NCBI RefSeq assembly: GCF_039654945.1
Contig: NW_027361671.1
Location: 19,778,001-19,842,000, forward strand
DNA from: Dendrobates tinctorius
Taxonomy: Eukaryota
DNA length: 64,000 nucleotides
Reading direction: 5' to 3'
The notes below the pieces were generated by a model. That model was given only the letters and a program-made list of their open reading frames with translations. It was not told where the DNA came from and searched no databases. Within the stretch, counting starts at the first letter, position 1; each line of letters opens with the position of its first letter. Positions 27,965 through 40,711 of the stretch are shown piece after piece. The translations under genes were made by a program, and so were the position numbers.

Positions 27965-30170
27965 AAGAAATGAACATCTAACTTTTTTTCACAAAAAAAA
28001 ATACTTCAGGTTCAATTTTTTTTATTTTACCAAGGGTAACAGGAGAAATTGGACTGAAAAAGTTATTGTGCAATTTGTCCTGAGTACGCTGATACCTGAT
28101 TTGTGGGGGGGAACGACTGTTTCGGCGCATGGCAGAGCTCAGAATGGAAGGAGCGCCGTTTGACTTTTTCAATGCAAAATTGGCTGGAATTCAGATCGGA
28201 CGCCATGTCACGTTTGGAGAGTCCCTGATGTACCTAAACAGTGGAAACCCCCTACAAGTGACCCCATTTTGGAAACTAGACCCCCCAAGGAACTTATCTA
28301 GATATGTGGTGAGAACTTTGAACCCACAAGGGCTTTACAGAAGTTTATAACGTACAGCGGTACAATTAAAAAATCATATTTTTTCCACAAAAATGATCTT
28401 TTCACCCCAATTTTTATTTTCCCAAGGGTAACAGGACCCTAAAAGTTATTGTGCAATTTGTCCTGAGTACGCTGATACCCCACATGTGTGGGTAAACCAC
28501 TATTTGGGCGCATGGCAGAGCTCGGAAGGGAAGCAATGCCATTTGACGTTTTTGGCTGGAATTGAGATCGGACACCATGTCGCGTTTGGAAAACCCCTGA
28601 TGTACCAAAACAGTAGAAACCCCCCACAAATGACACCATTTTGGAAACTAGACCCCCTAAGGAACTTATCTAGATGTGTGGTGAGAACTTTGAACCCCCA
28701 TGGGCTTCACAGAAGTTTATAACATACAGCCATACAATTAAAAAATCATATTTTTTCCACAAAAATGATCTTTTCACCCTCAATTCTTATTTTTCCAAGG
28801 GTAACAGGACCGTAAAAGTTATTGTGCAATTTGTTCTGAGTACGCTGATACCCCACATGTGGGGGTAAACCACTATTTGGGCGCATGGCAGAGCTCGGAA
28901 GGGAAGCAGCGCCATTTGACGTTTTTGGCTGGAATTGAGATCGGACACCATGTCGCGTTTGGAAAACTCCTGATGTACCAAAACAGTGGAAACCCCCCAC
29001 AAATGACACCATTTTGGAAACTAGACCCCCTAAGGAACTTATCTAGATGTGTGGTGAGCACTTTGACCCCCCCAGTGCTTCACAGAAGTTTATAATGCCC
29101 GGGCGTGAAAATAAATAATTCGTATTTTTTCCACAAACATGATCTTTTAGTCACCATTTTTTTATTTTCCCAAGGGTACCAGGAGAAATTGGACCCCAAA
29201 AGTTGTTGTCCAATTTGTCCTGAGTATGCTGATACCCCATATGTGGGAGAAAACTACTGTATGGGCACACGTCGGGGCTCGGAAGGGAAGTAGTGACGTT
29301 TTGGAATGCAGACTTTGATGGAATGGTCTGCGGGTGTCATGTTGCCTTTGGAGAGCCCCTAATGTACCTAAACAGTGGAAACCCCCCACAAATGACACCA
29401 TTTTGAAAACTAGACCCACTAAGGAACTTATCTAGATGTGAGGTGAGCACTTTGAACCCCTAAGGGCTTCACAGAAGTTTATAATGCCAGGGCATGAAAA
29501 TAAAAAAATCGTATTTTTTCCAGAAACATGATCAATTAGTCCCCAATTTTTTCATTTTCCCAAGGGTAACAGGAGAAATTGGACCCCAAAAGTTGTTGTC
29601 CAATTTGGCCTGAGTACGCTGACACCCCATATGTGGGAGAAAACTACTGTATGGACACACGTCGGGGCTCGGAAGGGAAGCAGTGACGTTTTGGAATGCA
29701 GACTTTGATGGAATGGTCTGCGGGTGTCATGTGCGTTTGGAGAGCCCCTGATGTACCTAAACTATTGAAACTTCCCACAAGTGACCCCATTTTGGACACT
29801 AGACCCCCCACGGAACTTATCTAGATGTGTGGTGAGCACTTTGAACCCCCAAGTGCTTCACAGAAGTTTATAACACTCGGACGTGAAAATAAAAAAATCA
29901 TTTTTTTCCACAAAAATGATATTTTTGCCCCCAATTTTTTATTTTCCTAAGGGTAACAGGAGAAATTGGACCCCAAAAATTGTTTTGCAATTTGTCCTGA
30001 GTAGGCTGATACCCTACATGTGGGGGTAAAACACTGTTTGGGCGCATGGCAGAGCTTGGAAGGGAAGGAGCACCATTTGACTTTTTCAACTCAGAATTGG
30101 CTGGAATTGAGATCAGACGCCATGTTGCATTTGGAGAGCCCCTGATGTGCCCAAACAGTGGAAACCCCCA
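27965..30170 (+). repeat. Tandem array of six 373-390 bp units
   Basis: The motif caatttg..ctgagta recurs at 28071, 28454, 28827, 29211, 29601 and 29988. Confidence 0.9.
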
Positions 30171-30174
30171 ATTA

Positions 30175-30290
30175 TAACTCCAACCCTAACCCCAACACAC
30201 CCCTAACCCTAATCTGAGCCCTAACCCTAGCCCTAACCCTAGCCCTAACCCTAGCCCTAACCCTAGCCCTAACCCTAGCCCTAACCCTAA
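30175..30290 (+). repeat. Telomere-like (CCCTAA CCCTAG)n array
   Basis: Alternating hexamers read directly; resumes (ccctaa) after the nested MITE at ~30636. Confidence 0.9.
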
Positions 30291-30632
30291 GGCTGTGTGC
30301 ACACGCTGCGGATTTTGCTGCGGTTCCGCAGTGGTTTTGGCTGCTGCGGACCCCAGTACCATGATTCCCTATGGGAATCAAAAACCGCAGTGCAGACGGT
30401 GCGGAATTTTCCGCGGTTTTCAATACGCAGAAAGAATTGACATGTCAATTCTTTCTGCGGATTCTCCTGCGGTTTGCCATCTCCTCTATTGAGGAGATGA
30501 AAAACCGCAGGACAAAACCCAGAGCAATCTGCAGGTAAAACCGCAGGTCTTTTGACCTGCGGTTTCACCTGCGGATTTTATAAAATCCGCGCGGATGAAT
30601 CCGCACCTAATCCGCAGCGTGTGCACACAGCC
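30291..30632. mobile_element. Harbinger-like MITE nested in the telomere-like array
   Basis: TIR ggctgtgtgcacacgctgcgg; flanks taa/tta. Confidence 0.75.
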
Positions 30633-32986
30633 TTACCCTAACGGGAAAATGGAGATAAATACTTTTTTTTTAGTTTTATTATTTTTCCCTAACTAAGGGG
30701 GTGATAACGGGGGGGTTGATTTACTATTTATGGCGGTTTTTATTTTTGGCAGCTGTCACACGCTAAAAGACGCTTTTTATTGTAAAATAGTTTTTCCATC
30801 ACCACATTTTGAGAGCTATAATTTTTCCCGTATTTTGACCCACTGAGTCATGTGAGGTCTTAATTTTTTGCGGGACGAGTTGACGTTTTTATTGGTACCA
30901 TTTTCGGGCACGTGACATTTTTTGATCGCTTTTTATTCCTATTTTTGGGACGCAGAATGAACAAAAACCAGCGTTTCATGAATTTCTTTTGGGGGGTGCA
31001 ATTACACCGTTCCGCGTGCGGTAAAATTGATAAAGCGGTTTTATTCTTCGGGTCAGTACGGTTACAGCGATACCTCATTTAGGTCGTTTTTTTATGTTTT
31101 TGTCGGTTTTATGCAATGAAAACTATTTTATATAAAAAATAATTATTTTTGCATCGCTTTATTCTGTGAGCTATAACTTTTTTATTTTTTCGCTGATGAT
31201 GCTGTGTGGCGGCTCGTTTTTTGCGGGACAAGATGACGTTTTCAGCGGTACCATGGATATTTATATGTGTCTTTTTGATCGCGCGTTATTACACTTTATG
31301 TTTGGCGGTATGATAATAAATCATTATTTTTTGCTTCGTTTTTTATTTTTATTTTTTAAGGGGTTCGCTAAAAGGGTTAACTAATGGGACAGTTTTATAG
31401 GGCGGGTCATTACGGACGCGGCGATACCTAATATGTGTACTTTTATTGTTTTTTTTTTTATTATTTTCAAAAAATGAATTTATTGGGGAATATTTTTTTT
31501 TTTTTTTACTAATTTATTTGGCGATTTTTTTAAATTTATTTTTACATTTTTTTTTTATTTTTTTTTTACTTTATTACATAGTCCCAGGTGGGACATCACT
31601 GTCCTGTGACAGATCGCTGATCTGTCACATCACAGATCACTGTGACAGATCAGCAATCTGTCACAGGCATTGAAGCAGACTTCCTCTTGCCTGCGCTTTG
31701 CAGGCACTGAGGAAGCCAGCTTCCTCAGGTCCCCGAAGGCCCCCGTCGCCATCTTGGATTCGGGGGCCTGGAGGATAGGAGCCCCCCGCAGCAGCGCTGC
31801 ACATTGCGCTGCCGTGGGGGGCTCAGGGAAGCACGGAGGGAGCCCCCTCCCTGCCGATGCTTCCCTTTAACTCCCGGTACACCGCGATCATGTTTGATCG
31901 CGGTGTGCAAGGGGTTAATGTGTCGGGGGCGGTCCGTGACCGCCCCTGACACATAGTGCCGGGTGTCAGCTGTGATAATCAGCTGACACCCGGCCGCGAT
32001 CAGCGGCGCTCACCACGTGGGTGCCGCTGATCGCGGTAGACGTACTATCCCGTCCACGGTCATACGGGCCCGGGTACCGTGGACGGGATAGTACGTCGGA
32101 TGTCAGGAAGGGGTTAATGTAATTTCCCTGCCCCTAGTAAGTTACTTACAAACCGCTGCATTCATCTGTTATCAGCACCCCTCTGGCTGATGACCGCCCA
32201 ATCTTGTCTAATCAGTGCTTGGAATTTATCACAAGTTCTGTGTTTTTGTTTGTCAGTCCGCTTTTTGAATCTTGACAACAGGTTATCAATGATATTGAGA
32301 TCAGGGGAATTTCCTGCTCATCGACCCAAAAGTTCATTTTTTTTGCTCTCCGAGCCATCTGGTTATCACTTTTGCTTTGTGACATTGATGCCATCATCTT
32401 GGAAAAGGCATATTTCATCACTAAATTGCTCCTGGATCATCATGAGATGTTCTTAGAGGATGTTCAGATCCAACTCTTTATGGAAGTGTTGTTAGGCAAA
32501 ATTGTGAATGAGAATCCTCCATGGATGAAAAGCCCCCACACATGAATGGATATTTTGCTGTTTGAATGACACAAATTGGAAGAACAGTTCTGTCACCGCT
32601 GCACGGGTCCCCGTCCTTCTTCCAGCAGGGATCCCACGTGTTCATTTACCTGCCCGCACTTCCTCGGCATCTGTTTCCTCCCAGGACCTGCGCACGGCAT
32701 GCAGTTCTCCTGGAAGGGTGCAGTAAGTGCCTCTTAAAGAGGCAGCGCGCACGCTTCTGGAAACATCCCGAGCCAATAGCTGGGAGACCTCTGATATATA
32801 AGGCACCCTACGCTATTGGAAGGTGCGTTAGCAACTTTAGTAATCAGTGTGTTTGCTGTTACCTAGTTGTAAGGTCCAATCTGCATGCCCTGTCTGGACC
32901 TGTTCCTGTCTGCCCTCCTGTAACCTTTTCCTGAGCACGTTCTGCCTCTACCTAGTCCAGAACCTGATCCATTTTATCCACACCTA

Positions 32987-34636
32987 CAATGGCTTGCGAA
33001 AGTATTTACCCCTTGACTTTTTAACCTATTTTGTTGCCTTATAACCCGTGTTAAAATATTTTTTTTAATCTGATTTGTATGGGATGCATCAGCACTAAAT
33101 AATCTAAGTTGGTAAAGTGAAGTGAGAAAAATATACGGTAGTCATAAATTACATTTATGGGATCAAATAATTAAAAATTGGAATGTGCATAACTATTCAC
33201 CCCTTTTGCGATGAAGCCCTTAAAAATTTATTTTGTAAGCAATTACCTTCATAAGTCACTTGCTTAGTGAAAGGAAGTCCTCTTGTATGTAATCTGTGTC
33301 ACATGGTCTGTCAGTATATACACACCTTTTCTGAAAGGCCACAGAGTCTGCAACACCATTAAGCAAGAGGCACCACTAACCAAACAACAACATGAAGAAC
33401 AAGGAGATCTACAAACAAGTCGGGACAAACTTGCTGAGAAGTACAGGTCAGGGTTGTGTTATAAAATAAAAATAGCCCAGTTTCTGATGATCCCTCGGAC
33501 CACCATCAAATCCATTATAATCAAATGGAAAGAACATGGTGCCACAACAAATCTGCTAAGAAAGGGCTGCCCACCAAAACTCTCAGCCCCGGGCAAGGAA
33601 AGCATTTCTCAGAGGCAGCACAGAGACCATAGGTAACCCTTGAGGTGCTGCAGAGTTCTCAAGCAGAGACTGTAGTTTCTGTCCATACGACCACAATAAG
33701 CCAAACATTCCACAGAGGTGGCCTTTACAGAAAAGTGGGAAAAAAAAAAGCTTTTGCTTACACACAAAAATTGTAAGGCTCACTTTTAGTTTGCTAGAAG
33801 ACATGTGGGAGACCCGCCAAATGTATGGAGGAAGGTACTATGGTCAGGTTAAACCAAAATTTAACTTTTTGGCCAAGGTAAACGCTATGTCTGGCACCAA
33901 AACAACACAACCCATTACTCTAAGAACACTGCTGCCGAAAAACATCCCCACAGCATCATGCTGCCACCATGTTTCACTGTGGGGATGATTTTCGGCAGCA
34001 GTGGCAGGAAAATGGTCTCAGTCAAGGGAAAAATAAATGGTGCAAAATACATGGATATTCTTGAGCAAAATGTGTTTCAGTATGTACGTGATTTGAGACT
34101 GGGACAGAGGTTCACATTCCAACAAGACAATAACCCAAGGCAAACTGATAAAGCATCACTTGAGAGGTTTAAGGGTAAATATGTAAATGTTATGGAGAGG
34201 CCTAGTTAAAGCCCAGACCTTAATCCAATTGAGAAACTATGGTCTGACTTGAAAACTGCTGTTCACTAGAAGAAACCATCTAACTTGAAGGAGCTGGAGC
34301 AGTTTTGTATTGAGGAATGGGCAAAAATCCCAGTGGCCAGATGTGGAAAGCTCATAGAGACTTTTCCAAAGTGACTTGCAGATGTATTATCCTCAAAAGG
34401 AGCTCTACAAAGTACTCTGACTTTAGGGGGCGAATAGTTATGCACACTGAAGTTTTCAGTTATTTTGTCCTATTTGTTGTTTGCTTCACAAAAAAAAAGA
34501 AAACCAAATGTTCACAGTTGTAGGCATCTTCTTTACATGAACTGATGCAAATCCTCAAAAAACAGTGACATTCCAGGTTGTGAGGTAGCAAGGGGGGTAA
34601 ATGCTAAGGGGGGGTAAATACTTTCGCAAGCCACTG
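32987..34636 (+). mobile_element. Full-length degenerate Tc1-like transposon
   Basis: TIRs ca(a/g)tggcttgcgaaagtatttacccc; TA TSDs; broken transposase ([15 protein letters not shown]). Confidence 0.9.
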
Positions 34637-34931
34637 TATACCGCCACCCTCACCAGTCCAGTCTGAATCTGCACCTGTGATCCTGTACCCGAATCCGTCC
34701 TGTGTTCCTGAACTTATTATCCTGTCCTTCCCTGGCCTCGTACCTGTCCTGACTGTCAGACGAGCAGTCCTGATCCGGAAGCTGTTCTGTCTTCTAGCCG
34801 CAAGTCCTCCTGTTAACCAGTTCCCAGCCAATCCACGTTCCCTTCCCCTTTGGGGTTCAGCTGCCACGGTCTCGATATCTTTCTTCAAGTAGCACCTGGC
34901 GTCCACCTGGGTTCACACCATCAGCGGCTTT

Positions 34932-37900
34932 TGTTGTGAGTTCATTTTCCCCTTCGTCACTGAGGTCTGGTGAACTCCCTATTCTGGTGAAGGAAGGTAA
35001 TGAGCCTGATTATCAGGCACCTGAACCTGATGAGGATGACTGGCTGAGTGGAGTCACGGACTGGATATAAGGCTGCCGACGCCCTTCTGCCCTGCGGGTG
35101 ATTTCTGTGTGGACTTCTAGGACACCAGTCTGATTCCTGCTCCTCTAAGCTAAGTTTTTCTGCTTTGCCTGTTTGCATTAGTGTTTTGTTTTTTGTTTTC
35201 CTTGCTTTTCTGGATTCTGCCATTCCCTGCTGGGGTGAGCTGAATCTCCTTTTTCCTATAGCTCTGTCTTCAGAATATTCCTGAGCACTGACAAAGCTTT
35301 TTTGAAGCCTAGCGTCTTCAGGGCCTTTTTCACTGTCAGTCTGTTGGCTCTTATTTTCATAGGGTTTTTCACGGATTGCAGACAGCAGCCTTCTTGTCCT
35401 TTCCTATCTAGCTAGATTGGGCCCCGTCTTTGCTCAGTCTATCGTTCTGCCTGTGTTAGTGTTTTCATCTTGCTTCACAGTCATTATATGTTGGGGGCTG
35501 CCTATTGCTTTGGGGTGTGCTCTGGGGCAGTTTAGTTTTCCCCTTTCTTTCTTTAGGCCTAGCTATTTCTCCGGCTGTGATCGAGGGGTCTAGGGCATCG
35601 TAGGAACCCCCCACGGCTACTGCTAGTTGTGTTGATAGGTTCAGGGGTCTGCAATCCGATAGCTGCCAACTTCTCTGGTTTTCTGGACTTAGCTAGCATT
35701 TCTGTTTTTGCCTCCTAAGGTGACTCAATCATAACAGAATCACCCGCCATACCGCAGATCCTAGGGTACTCAATAGCAGGAAAGAATTGTGTTTAAAAAA
35801 AAAAAAGGTGTGCGTATATTCTTTCCTCTATATCTCTGAGGCCGTAGGGGGAATTTTTTTTTCTCTCAATGGAGATAAAGCAATTGTCTGATCGTGTGGA
35901 GCAGCTCGCTGCGGAAGTGCGGGGAATTTCGCCCTACCTTGCTCGTTCGCATGCTGTTGAACCAAAAATCTCTACACCTGATGTATTTTTTGGGGATCGA
36001 TCTAAATTTTTGAGTTTCAAAAATAATTGTAAATTATTTTTTGCCTTGAAGCCTAACTCGTCAGGGAGCTCCGCGCAGCAGGTTAAAATTGTCATCTCTT
36101 TGCTGCGTGGCGATCCCCAGGATTGGACGTTTTCTTTGAAAGCAGATGATCCTATTCTGACTAATGTGAACGCATTCTTTCAAGCTTTGATGAACCTAAT
36201 GCTATTGATCAGGCTGAAAAGACCCTGTTGGCATTGAACCAGGGTCGAGATTCTGCAGAGTTGTACTGTCAAAAGTTCCGAAAGTGGGCGGTCCTTACTA
36301 CCTGGAATGATAATGCCTTGGCTGCTCTCTTTCAGAAGGGTTTGTCAGAAGCCGTAAAAGATACTATGGTGGGATTTCCTGTTCCCTCTGGTCTGGACGA
36401 TTCTATGTCATTAGCCATTCAGGTTGATCGCGTTTACGTGAACGCAGGATTGCACGAGAGGTGTTGCCACCGGTTGAACAGACGTCTGAACCTATGCAAT
36501 GTGATAGAGTTTTGCCTAAGGCGCAACGTCAGGAGTTCAGAAGGCATAATAAGCTGTGTTTTTTCTGTGGAGATACCTCGCATATTATTTCTGTTTGTCC
36601 TAAACGAGAGAAACGCTTTGCACACACGTTTTCTGTTGGTGGTGTTCAACCTAAGTTTCGTCTGGCAATTACTCTGATCTGCTCCCTGTCCACATTTTCC
36701 GCCAAGGCTTTTGTGGATTCGGGAGCAGCTCTAAACCTAATGGACTTGGATTTTGCTAAACGTTGTGGATTTCCGATGACACCTCTGCAGACGCCTATCC
36801 CTTTGAGGGGGATTGATGCTACTCCTTTGGCTAAAAATAAACCTCAGTTTTGGACCCAGGTGGTCATGCGGGTCGCCCCAGACCATCAGGAAAATTGCAG
36901 ATTTTTGGTGTTGCATGGTCTGCATGATGCCGTTGTTCTGGGGTTTCCCTGGTTGCAAATTCATAATCCAGTTTTGGATTGGAAATCTGTGTCTGTGGTG
37001 AGTTGGGGTTGTCGGTGTGCCTTTAGTGAGGCTCCATTTTTTTCCACCTCTCCTCAGTCGCATGATGTTCCTGACTATTTGGCGGACTCTTATGATGTAT
37101 TTAGTGAGAATGAGTCTGCGTCCTTGCCTCCTCATAGGAGTTATGACTGTGCAATTGAACTAAGCCCGGGGTGTAAATTTCCCAAGGGTCGGCTCTTCAA
37201 TTTATCTGTACCCGAGCACGAGGCTATGCGGTCCTATATTAAGGAAGCCTTGGAGAAGGGTCATATTAGACCATCCTCGTCACCCTTAGGTGCCGGTTTT
37301 TTTTTGTGGCCAAAAAGGATGGTTCTTTAAGGCCTTGTATTGATTATCGTGCCCTCAATAAAATTACTATTAAATATCAGTATCCGTTACCCCTGATTTC
37401 GGATCTATTCTCTAGAGTTAGAGGTGCTTGCTGGTTTACCAAGCTTGACCTCAGGGGGGCGTATAATCTTATCCGCATTAAGCAGGGGGATGAGTGGAAG
37501 ACGGCGTTTAATACTCCGGAGGGACATTTTGAGTACCTGGTGATGCCTTTTGGGCTCACTAATGCCCCTTCTGTCTTCCAGTGCTTCATGAACGATATTT
37601 TCCGAGATTTTGTCGATAAATTTTTGATTATCTATCTGGATGGTATTTTGATCTTCTCCAAGGATTGGGATTCTCATGTGGAACATATTCGGACTGTGTT
37701 CCGGATCTTGAGGGAGAATTCCCTGTATGTCAAAGGATCGAAATGCCTCTTTGGAGTACAGAGGATTTCATTTTTGGGATTTATTTTGTCTCTGTCAACT
37801 ATTGAAATGGACCCGGCCAAGGTACAGGCCATTTATGATTGGGTTCAGCCCACTTCTTTGAAGGCCCTCCAGAAGTTTTTGGGTTTTGCTAATTTTTATC

Positions 37901-40711
37901 GGAAATTTATAGCAAAATTTTCTAGTATTGCCAAGCCATTGACTGATCTGACTAAGAAGGGTGCTAATGTGTTGAATTGGTCTCCGGAGGCTGTTGCTTC
38001 CTTTCAGGAGCTGAAGCGAAGATTTACCTCCGCCCCGGTTTTGCGGCAACCTGATGTCTCACTCCCGTTCCAGGTAGAGGTGGATGCTTCTGAGATTGGT
38101 GCAGGAGCTGTTTTGTCCCAAAAGGATCCTGTAACAGCTAAAATGAATCCCTGTGCTTTCTTTTCCCGAAAGTTCTCTCCATCTGAACGTAACTATGATG
38201 TGGGGAATCGGGAACTGTTGGCCATGAAATGGGCATTTGAGGAGTGGAGACATTGGTTGGAGGGAGCTAAACATCAAGTTGTGGTCCTCACTGACCACAA
38301 GAATTTGATTTATCTAGAGTCGGCTAAACGCTTGAACCCTAGACAAGCTAGGTGGGCCTTGTTTTTTACATGTTTTGATTTTGTGGTCTCTTTTCTTCCT
38401 GGAACTAAGAATGTCAAGGCAGACGCCCTCTCTAGGAGTTTCTTTGCTGATTCTCCTGTGGTGACCAAGCCTACTACCATCTTAGGCGAAGGGGTAGTTC
38501 TTTCTGCCATCTCGCCCGATTTGAGACTTGCTCTGCAAGAGTTCCAGGAGGACAAACCTGAGCGTTGTCCCAGTGGAAAGTTGTATGTTCCTGACCAGAG
38601 GAAGAAGAGAGTGATGTCTGAAGTTCATTGCTCTGCATTGGCTGGTCATCCAGGTATTTTTGGTACTAGAGATCTGGTGAGTCGCTCTTTTTGGTGGCCC
38701 ACCTTGTCTCATGATGTCAGGAATTTTGTGCAGTCCTGTGGGACTTGCTCCCGGTCTAAATCTTGTTCTCGTTCTATTGGGTTGTTGATGCCTTTGCCTG
38801 TCCCCAGGAGGCCATGGACCCATATTTCAATGGATTTCATCTCTGATAGGCCGGTCTCTCAAAGAATGACTGTTATTTGGGTGATTTGTGATAGGTTCTC
38901 TAAGATGGTTCATCCTGTACCACTCCCTAAGTTTCCATCTTCCTCTGAGTTGGTGCCCTGTTTTTGCATCAGGTGGTTCGCTTACACGGGATTCCTGAGA
39001 ACATTGTATCTGACAGAGGAGTTCAGTTTGTGTCTAGATTTTGGAGGACTTTCTGTTCCAAGCTGGGAATTCAGTTGTCCTTCTCCTCTGCTTTTCACCC
39101 TCAGACCAATGGGCAGACAGAGAGAACAAACCAGACCTTGGAGTCGTATTTGAGATGTTTTATTTCCACTGATCAGGATGATTGGGTTTCATTTTTGCCC
39201 TTGGCCGAATTTGCTTTACATAATAGAGCTAGTTCTGCCACTTTGATGTCACCTTTTTTTTGTAACTTTGGGTTTCATCCTTGATTTTCTTCAGGGCAGG
39301 TGGAGCCTTCTGCCTTCCCAGGTGTTGACACTGTGGTGGAGAGAATGCACCAGATCTGGGACCAAGTGGTGGATAAGTTATCTCTCTCCCAGGAAAAGGC
39401 CCAGCGGTTTTCCAATCGACATAGGACCATTGGTCCCCAGTTTAAGATTGGTGATATGGTGTGGTTATCATCAAAAAATATTGCTAAGAAGGTGGCTTCT
39501 CCTAAGTTTAAGCCTAAATTTATTGAACCTTACAAGATTTTGGAGATTATTAATCCGGTCTCTTTCCGTTTGGCTCTTCCTGTCACATTTAAAATCCATA
39601 ATGTGTTCCATAAGTCCTTGTTGAAGAGGTTTGTTGAACCAGTTGTTCCTGGGGTGGCACCTCCGGACCCTGTATTGGTTGAAGGTAACATGGAATATGA
39701 GGTAGAGAAAATACTGGATTCCCGTCTGGCTAGACGGAGACTCCAGTATTTGGTTAAGTGGAAGGTTATGGTCAGGAGGATAATTCCTGGGTCTCTGCCT
39801 CTGATATTCATGCCAAAAGATTGGTGCGTGCCTTTCATCGGGCTCACCCTGATCGCCCTGGTGGCGTGGTTGAGGGTTCGGTGACCCCTCCTCAAGGGGG
39901 AGGTACTGTTGTGAGTTCATTTTCCCCTTCGTCACTGAGGTCTGGTGAACTCCCTATTCTGGTGAAGGAAGGTAATGAGCCTGATTATCAGGCACCTGAA
40001 CCTGATGAGGATGACTGGCTGAGTGGAGTCACGGACTGGATATAAGGCTGCCGACGCCCTTCTGCCCTGCGGGTGATTTCTGTGTGGACTTCTAGGACAC
40101 CAGTCTGATTCCTGCTCCTCTAAGCTAAGTTTTTCTGCTTTGCCTGTTTGCATTAGTGTTTTGTTTTTTGTTTTCCTTGCTTTTCTGGATTCTGTCATTC
40201 CCTGCTGGGGTGAGCTGAATCTCCTTTTTCCTGTAGCTCTGTATTCAGAATATTCCTGAGTACTGACATAGCTTTTTTGATGCCTAGCGTCTTCAGGGCC
40301 TTTTTCACTGTCAGTCTGTTGGCTCTTATTTTCATAGGGTTTTTCACGGATTGCAGACAGCAGCCTTCTTGTCCTTTCCTATCTAGCTAGATTGGGCCCC
40401 GTCTTTGCTCAGTCTATCTTTCTGCCTGCGTTAGTGTTTTCATCTTGCTTCACTGTCATTATATGTTGGGTGCTGCCTATTGCTTTGGGGTCTGCTCTGG
40501 GGCAGTTTAGTTTTCCCCTTTCTTTCTTTAGGCCTAGCTATTTCTCCGGCTGTGATCGAGGGGTCTAGGGCATCGTAGGAACCCCCCACGGCTACTGCTA
40601 GTTGTGTTGATAGGTTTAGGGGTCTGCAATCCGATAGCTGCCAACTTCTCTGGTTTTCTGGACTTAGCTAGCATTTCTGTTTTTGCCTCCTACGGTGACT
40701 CAATCATAACA
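34932..40711 (+). mobile_element. Ty3/Gypsy chromovirus, family A copy 2, defective
   Basis: 805-bp LTRs at 34932-35736 and 39907-40711 (about 13 mismatches by eye); TSD ggcttt; RT motif mutated to YLDG; several frameshifts; highly similar to 1619-7390 in reverse orientation. Confidence 0.95.
35738..35747 (+). promoter_or_regulatory. Self-priming primer-binding site of Gypsy family A
   Basis: aatcacccgc is the exact reverse complement of gcgggtgatt (35094-35103), which starts 28 nt after the start of TATAA (35066). Confidence 0.75.

Larger units (their letters stand above)
27376..32113 (+). mobile_element. 4.7-kb piggyBac-like non-autonomous transposon with internal tandem repeats, inserted into a Kolobok-type MITE starting at 26992
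   Basis: TTAA TSDs at 27372-27375 and 32114-32117; termini ccccttc/gaagggg; no transposase ORF. Confidence 0.8.

Noticed and set aside
27965-30170. Regularly spaced repeats resembling a CRISPR array or repeated genes
   Set aside because: The whole unit repeats with no unique spacers, the context is eukaryotic, and there are no cas genes.
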